A DNA stretch of 63,447 bases, counting the filler, from Octopus bimaculoides (lineage: Eukaryota), in NCBI RefSeq assembly GCF_001194135.2. It is 4 parts of 4 records of this genome, joined end to end, with 100 filler letters (N's around TTAATTAATTAA, not from the genome) between each part and the next. Parts side by side here need not be neighbours in the genome. Positions count along the whole stretch, not along the records: positions 1 to 24,115 come from NC_068997.1; positions 24,216 to 36,679 come from NC_069004.1; 2 more parts are not named here. The stretch is one strand, 5' to 3'. The position numbers and the translations under genes are program-made. Numbering within the stretch: position 1 is the stretch's first letter; each line of letters begins with the position of its first letter. Below, in pieces: positions 13,146-24,444 of the stretch. The notes below the pieces were generated by a model. The model saw nothing but the letters and a program-made list of their open reading frames with translations, was not told where the DNA came from and did not search any database.

Positions 13146-13481
13146 AAAAAATAAGCAACATGGATTTCAAAGGTGATTGCAGTACGCACGTTTCATGCTA
13201 CTTCAATTTATTTAAGTAATGCGAGCATTACCTTAAATGCAATATGAAGAGCAATCTTCAGCTGCACGAAAATGCAGAAAAATTACTGTAGAAAAGACAT
13301 ATTATAAATGTGGCAACATTTCAACAGTAATTTTCTACAGTAATTTTTCTGCATTTTCGTGCAGCTGAAGATTGCTCTTCATATTGCATTTTATGTAATG
13401 CTCGCATTACTTAAATAAATTGGAGTAGCATGAAACGTGCGTACTGCAATCACCTTTGAAATCCGTGTTGCTTAATTTTTT
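13146..13481. mobile_element. Foldback element/MITE: about 150-bp near-perfect inverted repeat arms with a 35-bp spacer
   Basis: 13146-13295 is the reverse complement of 13331-13481 with only about 5 differences. Confidence 0.85.
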
Positions 13482-14514
13482 ATTTTAATCACCTATCCTT
13501 TTGGAATGCGATATTCGGTTGCCTACGCATAAGTACCATATTCAACCTTGAATCTATATATATACATATGTACATTTATATATATGCATACATATTTGCA
13601 CACATATACACTGGCAATTATGCTTAGTCATGTATATGATCCGTTGGCTATGTTAATAATCATAAAACAACGTGCACAGTCCTTTGTAGCGCAGTGATCA
13701 AATTCTTCCGCTGTCTAACTTGTCTTCAACCTTTGCGGTTTTGAGAAAATAGGATCCTGTACCAGATTTAAATATCCTGTTAAGATCCTGTGTCTGATTT
13801 AGAAATCCTCATTATTATTTTAATCAAAATAATAAGCTCTCTGCCTGCTTATATCAAATGCAGCCCTAAGTGTATTTTCTAAACTTTTACAAATCACATA
13901 CTTGTGAAAACAGCGGGAGATTTTGTAAACGAAACTCGAAAATGCATAACGTAATCTTTATCTGGCTTTATGTGACAACATACTGATAAGTAGATGTACT
14001 CACGATCAACCGTCCCAGTAAGATGCATTCATTAAACAAACATATTAGAAAGAATGAAATACAAATTTGATGACAGCTATGTACAATTTTAAACTGGGTA
14101 CAGTTTATTCATGGGTACTCAAGTTTCATGATTTTATAAGATTGATCAAAGTTTATCTTTCTTCAAGAATGACATTACTACTTGTTGAAATAGATCCGCT
14201 TTCAAGAGATTAGAAATGCAGCCTATTATAGCTCATTACGGTTAATGTGTTAGCCAGGCAATCATTAACTCGCAAGTGAGGGTGGAGGATTTTTCAGTTC
14301 GTATTTGCGTACGCCCATGAAAAGTACATTTGTTCAGAGATCGTTAGAATCAAAGAGCGAGTGGGGGTGGAGGCATGATTTCAGTGTATGGTGTCACCAC
14401 CCTTTTCAGAGGGCGGATATGTTTTATTTATCCGTTATATGTGACATACATTAATATACATTTGGTTCTGATTTGGTATATGCAGATGTTTATGAAACTA
14501 TGCGTGTACATGTG

Positions 14515-14568
<54 letters not shown>

Positions 14569-14575
<7 letters not shown>

Positions 14576-15166
14576 GGGTTGCCAAAAGTAATCCACACTT
14601 TCTCCATATATCTTTATTGCTGTCACACTGCCTTCTGCGCATGCGTGATTTATAGTTGGTACTATTGTGGTCACGTGATCAAAGTTCGAGCCTGATCACG
14701 CCATTTTTCTTCCTGGTTTTACAATGTAAGCATGGCTGCTCCACTAGCAATGTGCACCATAGAAGAACAAAGAGCAATGAGCAGAGAGATGGTAATGGTG
14801 AACCGTTTCACCATTACCATCTCTCGAGCTTCTTGAATCTTCTTGAATCTTCTTGTCAGTGGTGACGATTGACGGGCGTCCTACTCCCTCTCCGTGCGTC
14901 ATGCTTGTCCGGCCACTTTTAAACTTTTCGATCCATTCATGCACACTTCTACGCGGTTGAGCACTTTCCGCGTATTGTGCTAAAAGTCTCCGATGAATGT
15001 GCACCTGACGCACATTCTGGCTAGAGAAATCGGATCACTGCTCTTTGTTCTTCTTTGGTGCACATAAGTAGTGGAGCAGACATTCTTACACTGTAAAGCC
15101 ACAGAAACAAAATGGAGTGATCACGCTCAAATTTCGATCACGTGATCACAATAGTACCAACTATAA
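14569..15166. mobile_element. Rearranged mariner made of two inverted 5' ends
   Basis: Left TA+gcggggggttgccaaaagt is TIR-like. Arms 14650-14780 and 15035-15166 are inverted homologues. The minus strand encodes a mariner N-terminal HTH region (EEQRAVIRFL...IHRRLLAQY...RRSVHEWIEKFKSGRTS...GRPS). Confidence 0.85.
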
Positions 15167-15456
15167 CCACATCCTGCTGCTTATTTTGATATATGCATAT
15201 ATATATATATATCCATATGTTGTAACTATCATGATAATTTGGGCCCATTTACGCGTGTGTTTTGTATTATTAGGCAAATTTCGCACCTTGCTGGAACTTG
15301 CGATGCTGCTGTGTGAGAAGGGTCGTACGAGATCTTTTATTAATACACCCTTTCTCTCAAAACGGAGTGCTGGCAAATATATTTCACCTTGTCGTGCAGT
15401 TACTGTTAATACATCGTTCAGAGATTTAACATTGCTATATTAAAGTCTGTCATACC

Positions 15457-15496
15457 GGCCATGACGAAGGGAAATAGCCCTGAAACTCGAGTCGCC
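15457..15496 (+). ncRNA. Minimal type I hammerhead-ribozyme-like motif (Penelope pLTR type), C3 position altered
   Basis: ggc-c(a)TGACGA-aggg aaatag ccct-GAAAC TCGA GTC-gcc: 4-bp stem II, palindromic ACTCGAGT stem III, GUC cleavage triplet, 3-bp stem I. Confidence 0.55.
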
Positions 15497-15789
15497 TTTA
15501 TATATTTATATTTATATATTTGATCCTTTATATTGAACACTCAATATTTCATCTACATTCAATAATTTCTTTCATGGTGCCATCCATTTTTATTTTATTT
15601 TATTTTATATTATATATTGTATATTATATTATATATTGTATATTCCATATTCTATACTCCACATTGGTTCTACAGGAATATAAATAACACATAAAAAACA
15701 GACAGTGTTGGAACTCTTTTAAACAAAATAATATATTCCTCTATACACAATCATACAAAAAAAACACCTTTTTTGTATTTATTTTTACT

Positions 15790-15823
<34 letters not shown>

Positions 15824-15844
15824 NNNNNNNNNNNNNNNNNNNNN

Positions 15845-16350
15845 GAGAAAGCTACTATGGAAGGCTCATAGTGTAATAACTGTACAATAACTGTATAGAA
15901 TATACAACGAAAGATATTTATACTCCGATTTTCAAGCGACAATTTTTAAATATAAAAAAATAACAAGCGAACCACAGGCTGAACCGAACCCACAAATCGA
16001 TAATTTCATGGATCCTTGTGCATTTGATTGGCCAAACGCTCACCCATCAATTTTAGTCAAATTTATTTAACATATACTTAAACTGCTTTAATACAACATA
16101 AATAACATTTTTATAAACAAACCCGAAAGGCTTTGCGAGTTACGGAGAGAAAGCTACTATGGAAGGCTCATAGTGTAATAACTGTACAATAACTGTATAG
16201 AATATACAACGAAAGATATTTATACTCCGATTTTCAAGCGACAATTTTTAAATATAAACAAATGACCGAAAATTGATAAGCTAACCACAGGCTGAATCGA
16301 ACCCACACATCGATGTTTTCGTGGCTCCTTGAGAATCTCATTGGTGTTCG
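15845..16350. repeat. About 302-bp direct tandem duplication
   Basis: 15845-15956 is identical to 16147-16258; a diverged homologous continuation follows in both copies. Confidence 0.85.
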
Positions 16351-16427
16351 ATTACCAGTCGACAATCAGTGAATTACGAGTGAAAACAAACGAAAAAAGA
16401 TGATACAAAGTTCAAGTAGTTACTTAC

Positions 16428-16548
16428 CGGCATCTATGAATGTCTGTATATCTAGGAAATACTCATTAATTGAGGCCTTTATAATGTGTATTTGCACCAA
16501 TGTCGTTAACAGGAACGAGACTAAGAGCTGTTCCCACGTTTGCTGGTT
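16428..16548 (-). CDS. Candidate exon encoding a signal-peptide-like segment
   Basis: ttttag|AAC...GCC G|gtaagt with a consensus donor; the frame is open over all 121 nt: NQQTWEQLLVSFLLTTLVQIHIIKASINEYFLDIQTFIDA. No ATG within the exon. Confidence 0.35.
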
Positions 16549-17275
16549 CTAAAATGTATTTACTTAGCTGTTGGTTCACTTGGTTAATTTGACTTAAAAT
16601 TAGTTGCATATACAGCGAATTTGTCTTTGTTTTATGTACGAGGAAGATGGGGAGATTTTGATAAGAACTATGTTCATTGTGTTTCACACCTCAACATTTA
16701 CCTTGTTCTTAAGAAACATTGTATTTTTCTGATCGTCTATGTAAGCAAGAGTTAGCACTGAATAATTGATTTCTAGCTTTGACATCATGCAATACTCACT
16801 CATATACACATGCAAGCACGCGCACATTCATAGAAATATAAATATGTTTGTGTGTGCGTGTGCGTGTGCCTGTGCGTGTGTATGAAAGTAGACTGCATTA
16901 TCAAAACTGTGTGATAAACGATTACGTGAAACTCTGAGTTGGTAAAGATTGCTTTTGGCTTCTATAGAATTGTATTTTACTCAACTGTTGATATTCAAGT
17001 TCTAAATTTCCTCATCTTATTTATGCTAACAAGCGCGCGTGCATTTGTGTGAGTGTGTGTATTTGTGTGTGTTTGCGTTTGTCTGTATGTGCGTTTGTTT
17101 GTGTGTGCGTACATGGGTGCATGTATGTATATGTATATATTTGACACGGAATTGCACGTGTATTTTAAGTGTCGGTTCATTTCCATTATTTCATCAGCTT
17201 TAATCATTACTTTTGAATCCAAACAGCTATGCGTACACATACGCATATTTATTTGCGTTTATGTGTGTGTGTGTA

Positions 17276-17311
<36 letters not shown>

Positions 17312-17977
17312 NNNNNNNNNNNNNNNNNNNNNNNNNNNNNNNNNNNNNNNNNNNNNNNNNNNNNNNNNNNNNNNNNNNNNNNNNNNNNNNNNNNNNNNNN
17401 NNNNNNNNNNNNNNNNNNNNNNNNNNNNNNNNNNNNNNNNNNNNNNNNNNNNNNNNNNNNNNNNNNNNNNNNNNNNNNNNNNNNNNNNNNNNNNNNNNNN
17501 NNNNNNNNNNNNNNNNNNNNNNNNNNNNNNNNNNNNNNNNNNNNNNNNNNNNNNNNNNNNNNNNNNNNNNNNNNNNNNNNNNNNNNNNNNNNNNNNNNNN
17601 NNNNNNNNNNNNNNNNNNNNNNNNNNNNNNNNNNNNNNNNNNNNNNNNNNNNNNNNNNNNNNNNNNNNNNNNNNNNNNNNNNNNNNNNNNNNNNNNNNNN
17701 NNNNNNNNNNNNNNNNNNNNNNNNNNNNNNNNNNNNNNNNNNNNNNNNNNNNNNNNNNNNNNNNNNNNNNNNNNNNNNNNNNNNNNNNNNNNNNNNNNNN
17801 NNNNNNNNNNNNNNNNNNNNNNNNNNNNNNNNNNNNNNNNNNNNNNNNNNNNNNNNNNNNNNNNNNNNNNNNNNNNNNNNNNNNNNNNNNNNNNNNNNNN
17901 NNNNNNNNNNNNNNNNNNNNNNNNNNNNNNNNNNNNNNNNNNNNNNNNNNNNNNNNNNNNNNNNNNNNNNNNNNNNN

Positions 17978-18049
<72 letters not shown>
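17978..18049. repeat. (GATA)n microsatellite
   Basis: Directly visible. Confidence 0.95.
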
Positions 18050-18050
<1 letters not shown>

Positions 18051-18240
18051 TTGACCGTTGACTGAACACTATTCAATTGTTTTTCTCCGTGTTTTTCTCC
18101 TTGTCTCCGTATTCTTTCTGTTGAAGAGCGTAGCTCGAAACGTCAAAGACTTTCCGTATTCCCGAGCGTCATACTAATACATCCTTTTGTTATTTACACC
18201 ACCTGTCCTCGTCTGTTGTTGTTTTTTCGTACATTCTCCT
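18050..18240 (+). mobile_element. Penelope-like element pseudo-LTR relic containing a hammerhead-like motif (18113-18149)
   Basis: tcttt-CTGTTGA-a-gagc gta gctc-GAAAC GTC-aaaga. The CTGANGA...CGAAAC arrangement is typical of PLE termini. No RT/GIY-YIG ORF is visible. Confidence 0.55.
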
Positions 18241-18836
18241 ATATATATATATGTGTGTGGGTGTGTGTGTGTGTCTGTGTGTGTGTGCATATACAGGGTA
18301 TATCAAAAGACACTGATAGGTTTCAATCTTTAATAACTTCCTTAACTTTACAAATGAATGCAAGTAATTTTGATATAATATAAAGGACATAATGGAAATG
18401 AATATGCACAAGCCAGATTTGGCAACACCATTACATCAAATATGAAAAAGGTAACCGCTTGTAAGGCAGCCATTTTCAAAGTAGACCTCACATATGGTTC
18501 CAGTAAGATGGGCAACAGCTCGTACAACAGTTACTATGGAACTGCTTTGGAGAGAGAATAATGTCCCGCTACGGCAAAGTCAACTGGCCTTTACGTTCCC
18601 CAGAGGAGAACAAAAATAACATGGGGCGTTAGTGGACAAGTCGCCGAAAGCTCGAAATGATCAGCTGACAGACAGCCCACAAGTGATGGAAGGTCGTTCT
18701 TTCTGTTACTTGTGCTGTTTTCCATTTGTTTCTATCGTTGTTTGCGTATTGAACTCATGTGTTTTCGTATTTCATGTTGTTTACTGTTGGTGACGTCCAG
18801 TACCCATATATGCATATGTATATACATATACATGTT

Positions 18837-18898
<62 letters not shown>

Positions 18899-18949
18899 CA
18901 CACACACACATTCAAACAAATTGATATAAAGTTTTAATATTATTGACTG

Positions 18950-19200
18950 CTATTAACATTTAAACTTGCACCTGTCCTACTAATTCATAATGCTAAATTT
19001 ATCTGTTTTGAACATGTTAATTTTTCAACATTGAATCATTTTAATTTGTCAACATTGAAACATTTTAATTTGTAAATATTGAAACTTTTAAACATGTTTT
19101 TCTAACTCATAATTCTAAACTTTTACTATTGAGAAACAAAGATGTTTTTCTAATTCATAATTTTAAACTTGTACCATTGATAAACAAAAACTTTTGTGGA
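18950..19200. repeat. Degenerate AT-rich minisatellite (about 22-bp and 45-bp periodicities)
   Basis: Recurring tcaacattgaaacattttaattt and atgtttttctaattcataattttaaactt units. Confidence 0.6.
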
Positions 19201-19436
19201 AACTAGTTTTGGTATAGAGTTTTTGAAACTTAGGTGCATTTTCAACAACACATTTCCCTACGTACGAATGTATGTCTCCCTTGTCAGTTCAATACAATGT
19301 GTGCTTTATGTCGCTAAAGAGTCTATGACTCTTTTTTTCTTTCAATGCCGGTGCTCCCTTTACCCATGGAGACTTTGTAGTGACGGTCAATTGGATTCTT
19401 TTGGGTTTTGAATTGCGTCTAGCCACCTTAATTAAT

Positions 19437-19892
19437 TTGCTTACCAACCACATGGGTCCGGGTTCAATCCCACTGCCTGGTACCTTGGGCAAGTGTCTTC
19501 AACTATAGCCTCGGGCCGACCAAAGTCTTGTGAGTGGATTTGGTAGACGTAAATTGAAAGAAGCCCGTTGTATATATATAAATATATATATTCATATATG
19601 TGTGTGTGTGTGTTTGTGTGTCTGTGTTTGTTTCCCCACCATCGCTTGACAACCGATGTTGATGCGTTCACGTCCCTGTCACCTAGCGGTTCGGCAAAAG
19701 TGACCGATAAAATAAGTACTAGGCTTGCAAAGAATAAGTATCGGGGTCGATTTTTTCGACTAAAGGGGGTGCTCNNNNNNNNNNTAGGCTTGCAAAGAAT
19801 AAGTATCGGGGTCGATTTTTTCGACTAAAGGGGGTGCTCCAGCATGGCTGCAGTCAAATAATTGAAACAAAAATAAAAGAATAAAAGAATAG
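19437..19892 (+). mobile_element. tRNA-derived CORE-type SINE, family A (octopus OR-like), with internal (TA)/(TG) tract
   Basis: B box ggttcaatccc; CORE-like accttgggcaagtgtctt; 3' end ggtgctccagcatggctgcagtc...gaaac; (AATAAAAG)n-like tail. Homologous to 43005-43428. Confidence 0.9.
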
Positions 19893-19898
19893 ACAGAG

Positions 19899-19933
<35 letters not shown>

Positions 19934-21072
19934 AAGAAAGAGTGAGAGGGAATTTAAGAGGGTTAGGGAGAGAGAAAAAGGAAGCTTTAAACTAGTGGTT
20001 ACTTCATCAACCCCCGAAAGGCGAAAGACCAAGCTGAAACCTGCGGGTTTTGAAACCGAGCGTTATGTATAGCAAAACATTTTGCTTGCCGCTTGAGCGA
20101 GAGTAGTATTTCATTATCCTGTACTTTAAAACTTGGTTATCCTTCCGGATGCGCCATGAAGCTCGGTGCCTTTTTTCCGTTAGTATTTTGACAAAGAAGG
20201 GTCTGCTCAAGGATCCTAATCGTACTAAGCCCTGTAAAAATCAAGATCAATTTTTTTCTTTTTTTCTCCTTTACAGAAACTCGTCTGTTGGCGCAGATAC
20301 TTAGATAAAAAGAGTTCTTCTATCATGAAGTCGTGTATGTTCGTATTTAGATCTACCGACTTTCTAGCTGAAAATGGATACCAGTAGTAACAACGGGGTA
20401 TTAAACCTGCGTCAGACCCCACCAGACCCGCGTCAGATCTACTACATCAGGCTGGTGTCTTGTAATTTCAACCGACCAATCTTCACACAAACAGGGTGAG
20501 GCTCCGGCCGACCTGGCTTGTGGACTCGAGACATACTTGAACGTTTTAACTATATTATAATTATCACCTTCCACCATCACAGTCCCAATGTCTTGTTTTT
20601 TTTTTTTTTAATCTTTTACTGATGTGTTAAATCAAAAACATATAAACAGAAAATAACTTCCAACAAAAATAACAACAAATATACTCACTTATGAAATTAT
20701 ATCCCTTTGAGACTAGCAAACGTAGTCAATAAATAGGAGATTAGTGCTTAATCCACCCGAAATTTGACGAAGTTAGTAACAGATAATTAAACTTTCATAT
20801 GCTTCATAGGTGTAACATTCCCTTCATCAGCCGTTGATGTGGGATAGAGTGAAGTGCTTCACAGTTTCATACCTACACTATCACATCTTCTGCCTTTAAG
20901 GTAGTTACTTGCTTTAACTTTTCATAGACACTAATACACCGATGCAATCAGTAAGATACGCTCCTCAGTGGTAATGCTTATTATTATAATTAGTAGTATT
21001 TTTTTTTCTATATTTGCCTTACCTACTTTAATTTCATCTCAAAATATTTTTTGAGAATTAACCGACAGCAAG

Positions 21073-21121
<49 letters not shown>

Positions 21122-21242
21122 GTAGCTGCTGCTGCTGTTGCTGCTGTTGCTGCTGTTTCTCTTGTGGATGCTGCCGCAAAAAATCTCTTACTACCACCAC
21201 CACCACTACTACTATTATTACTACTACTACTACTACTACTAA

Positions 21243-21286
<44 letters not shown>

Positions 21287-21537
21287 TTACAACTACTACT
21301 ACTACTACAACTTCTACTTGTTGGTGTTTTTAAATTATCTTTTTGTTTTGGTTGATTTCTTATGAATAATTCATTCGATGAGACGCAGCTGCCAACAAAG
21401 ACATTTTGAACAAAGATGACATAACCTCTCGTATTTCATACATGTACAAGTACAATGAAACGTATATAGATACATACATACTGCATACACACACACACTT
21501 ATACACGCACATAAATATATATATATATGTGTATGTG

Positions 21538-21655
<118 letters not shown>

Positions 21656-21712
21656 TATATATTTATATATGTATATCTATATATATATGTGTGTGCGTGT
21701 GTGTGTGTGTGC

Positions 21713-21748
<36 letters not shown>

Positions 21749-21893
21749 ATGTATCTATCTATCTATCTATCTATATATCTATCTATCTATATATCTATCT
21801 ATGCGCATACCACCATAGAAACTTATGCAGAGGGAAGTATTTTGCCCTGCATTCAGAAAATAATGTATATATGTAGATATATTTGTATAAATC

Positions 21894-22635
21894 TATCAGG
21901 TTGGTGCAAAAGTAACGATCGATTTGAAGGTCTCTATTAAAAATGAAAAAGCCCATGGTTAAGACAATATTAATTTCTTAATATTTATTTCCCTTGCTTT
22001 CTTAGAACATCATTACATCTGTCATCAAGCTTATAAAACTTAGAATTGTTTAGATTTTCATGCGAAATACGAATCCAACTCAATTTCAGTCTCTTCTCTT
22101 GATGTCAGTCTAAGACCGTTCACATGGCTCTGTAGTCCCCGAAACAAGTGCTAATCAGAAGAAGCAGGGTCTGGAGAATATGGAGAATGAAGCAATATTT
22201 ACCAACCAAGCTCTTCCAAGAAATCTTTCGTCAGTCAGGCTGTGTGAAACGAGCATTATCATGGTGGAAGATGACACCCTTTTATTTATTAAGCAGGGTC
22301 GCTTTCTTTTCAAATAGATGAAGTTGATGACAGTAGAGATTAGATGTAATTGTGTGATTGTTATCTAACATTTCGTCATAGACAATATCCTTCGATATCC
22401 CACCATAATCTCAACAGGATTTTCCTTGGATGAAGTCCTCCTCTGATTTGTTGAACAACTCTTCCTACTCGACTGATCCACGATCGGCGGCGTTTAACAT
22501 TATGGTAAATGGTCCACTTTTCATCATCTGTAACAAGCCTTCCTAAAAATGGTTCCTTAAGGTGTCGTGGAAGCAATAACAAACCACAAACAACACGCTG
22601 TTGCAGATTCTTTGGAGTCAGTTCGTGTAGGACTA
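21894..22635 (-). mobile_element. Mariner (DD34D) transposase 3' half plus TIR; pseudogene
   Basis: Minus strand: (V)LHELTPKNLQQRV...PFLGRLVTDDEKWTIYHN...HPRKILLRLWWD...FHHDNAR...HSPYSPDPASSD*HLF. The terminus TA-tcaggttggtgcaaaagtaac resembles the Hsmar1/cecropia-type TIR. Confidence 0.92.
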
Positions 22636-23128
22636 CTTTATGGCAAATCGTTAGCGAATGCCCGAAATTGTCACAACGCGAATACAAGAGACACCATGAC
22701 AATGTCGCAAGAACCGTCCATTGGGAGTTCCATGGAAATCAAGGCCTACAAAGAGCAAAGGCCTGGTATGAGCAAATTCAATAAGGAATCATCGAGATTA
22801 GGAATTGCGAAATCCTGTGGGATGCAATGATCCAGTGTGATCACCGGACCAGCCATCGGAAACCGAACATTGTTGTGGTAAAGTAAAACAGAAAGAACAT
22901 GTATGATAATCGGCAAAGCATGCCCCAGTGACAACAGGATCAATGTGAAAGAAAAAGGCAAAATAAACAACTATGAAGATTTGAAGGTTATGGTAAATGA
23001 AGAGAGTAGACGTGATACCAATAGTAAATAGTGCATATGGAAGTATCAACATTCAACTCATCAACTTGAACCCAGAACCATGGGGCTGGAAAGAAAACTT
23101 CTCACAAAGCCACGCCTGCACCTATATA
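22632..23128 (+). mobile_element. R4/Dong-clade non-LTR retrotransposon 3' fragment (zinc motif plus restriction-like endonuclease)
   Basis: TLWQIVSECPKLSQREYKRHHDNVARTVHWE...AKAWYE...ILWDAMIQCDH...MKRVDVIPIV; multiple frameshifts; runs into a gap. Confidence 0.9.
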
Positions 23129-23348
23129 NNNNNNNNNNNNNNNNNNNNNNNNNNNNNNNNNNNNNNNNNNNNNNNNNNNNNNNNNNNNNNNNNNNNNNNN
23201 NNNNNNNNNNNNNNNNNNNNNNNNNNNNNNNNNNNNNNNNNNNNNNNNNNNNNNNNNNNNNNNNNNNNNNNNNNNNNNNNNNNNNNNNNNNNNNNNNNNN
23301 NNNNNNNNNNNNNNNNNNNNNNNNNNNNNNNNNNNNNNNNNNNNNNNN

Positions 23349-23393
<45 letters not shown>

Positions 23394-24115
23394 AATATAC
23401 ATATATATGTATGTGTGTCTGTGTGTTTGTGTGTGTGTATGAGTGTATGTGTATGTGTTCCGCGTATATCTTTGCGTGTCAGATCTGTTGTCGTATCGAT
23501 ACAAGTGAAAATACGCATCTGGTATTAGTATTTGCAACATTCTCAGCATTAAACCGTGTTAGCAAGTGCAACTTAATATTGCTTGGTGGATAAGGAAGAG
23601 TCATGTAAGTTTAACATCCGACACTAATACCTCGAAAGACGTAATATATACTCTTGACGTGGAATAAGCCGACAACTGTATAAACCAAGATGTTGAATTT
23701 TAAGCCCATTTACTTTACTTTGGTGTGTGTGTATAGATATGAAAATCGATGGCCAGAACTATAGCTATCTACACCTTGGGTGGTAATGTTTTTGACTACA
23801 AACTCAATCCGTGACAGCTTACATGTATCGTTGAGTCTAATTCCTTCTTGAAGAAGCAGTACATGTCATGTTCTTATATTTGTTTTTACAGCTAATGAGC
23901 ACTTGATTACTATGTTCGGTGTGAAATTATGTTCGGAAAATTCATGTTTCGAATTCACCACTATAAATGAAGGATTCTTGATATTCAGACAAAATATAAA
24001 CACGGCACCGATATGATTTTGAGACAAAATATGATCAATCCCTCCTTTGATTTTCAAATAAAATATAAACAAGCAATACTTTTCTTGCTATAAGTAATTT
24101 ATTCCTATATATATA

Positions 24116-24215
24116 NNNNNNNNNNNNNNNNNNNNNNNNNNNNNNNNNNNNNNNNNNNNTTAATTAATTAANNNNNNNNNNNNNNNNNNNNNNNNNNNNN
24201 NNNNNNNNNNNNNNN
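24116..24215. other. Synthetic scaffold linker 44N-TTAATTAATTAA-44N (also at 36680-36779 and 60182-60281)
   Basis: Identical 100-bp layout three times; the 12-mer has stop codons in all six frames. Confidence 0.95.
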
Positions 24216-24400
24216 AGTTGTTTGACCGTAACCAGTTGAGCATGTCTCTTAGTGGCTGACGATATGTGCATCTCTGATCAAGAGCAGAAGTAGTCGGGGA
24301 GCATCATAGCCATGTGTCGAGAGGAATTCTTTGGGGTTTAAATAATTCACCTTTGGAAAGATGGGTGTTTCGTTCAACATGGGCTTGGTTAAAAAGAAAA
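24216..24400 (+). mobile_element. Probable SINE/repeat fragment
   Basis: Non-coding, more GC-rich segment with the look of a dispersed octopus repeat; recognised from memory only, with no second copy in the window. Confidence 0.35.
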
Positions 24401-24444
24401 GGCCATTAAAAAAAAAACAAAAAAAACAGAGAGCCTGTGTATGT

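Noticed and set aside
19720-19840. About 50-bp exact duplication inside the SINE around the gap at 19775-19784
   Set aside because: Same unmerged-overlap artefact.
20278-20335. Plus-strand strong acceptor with a GTATGT donor
   Set aside because: The 19-aa peptide is uninformative and cannot be linked to other exons; such sites arise by chance in T-rich DNA.
24160-24171. TTAATTAATTAA islands inside N runs (also 36724-36735 and 60226-60237)
   Set aside because: The identical 44N+12+44N layout and stops in all frames mark an artificial scaffolding spacer, not biology.
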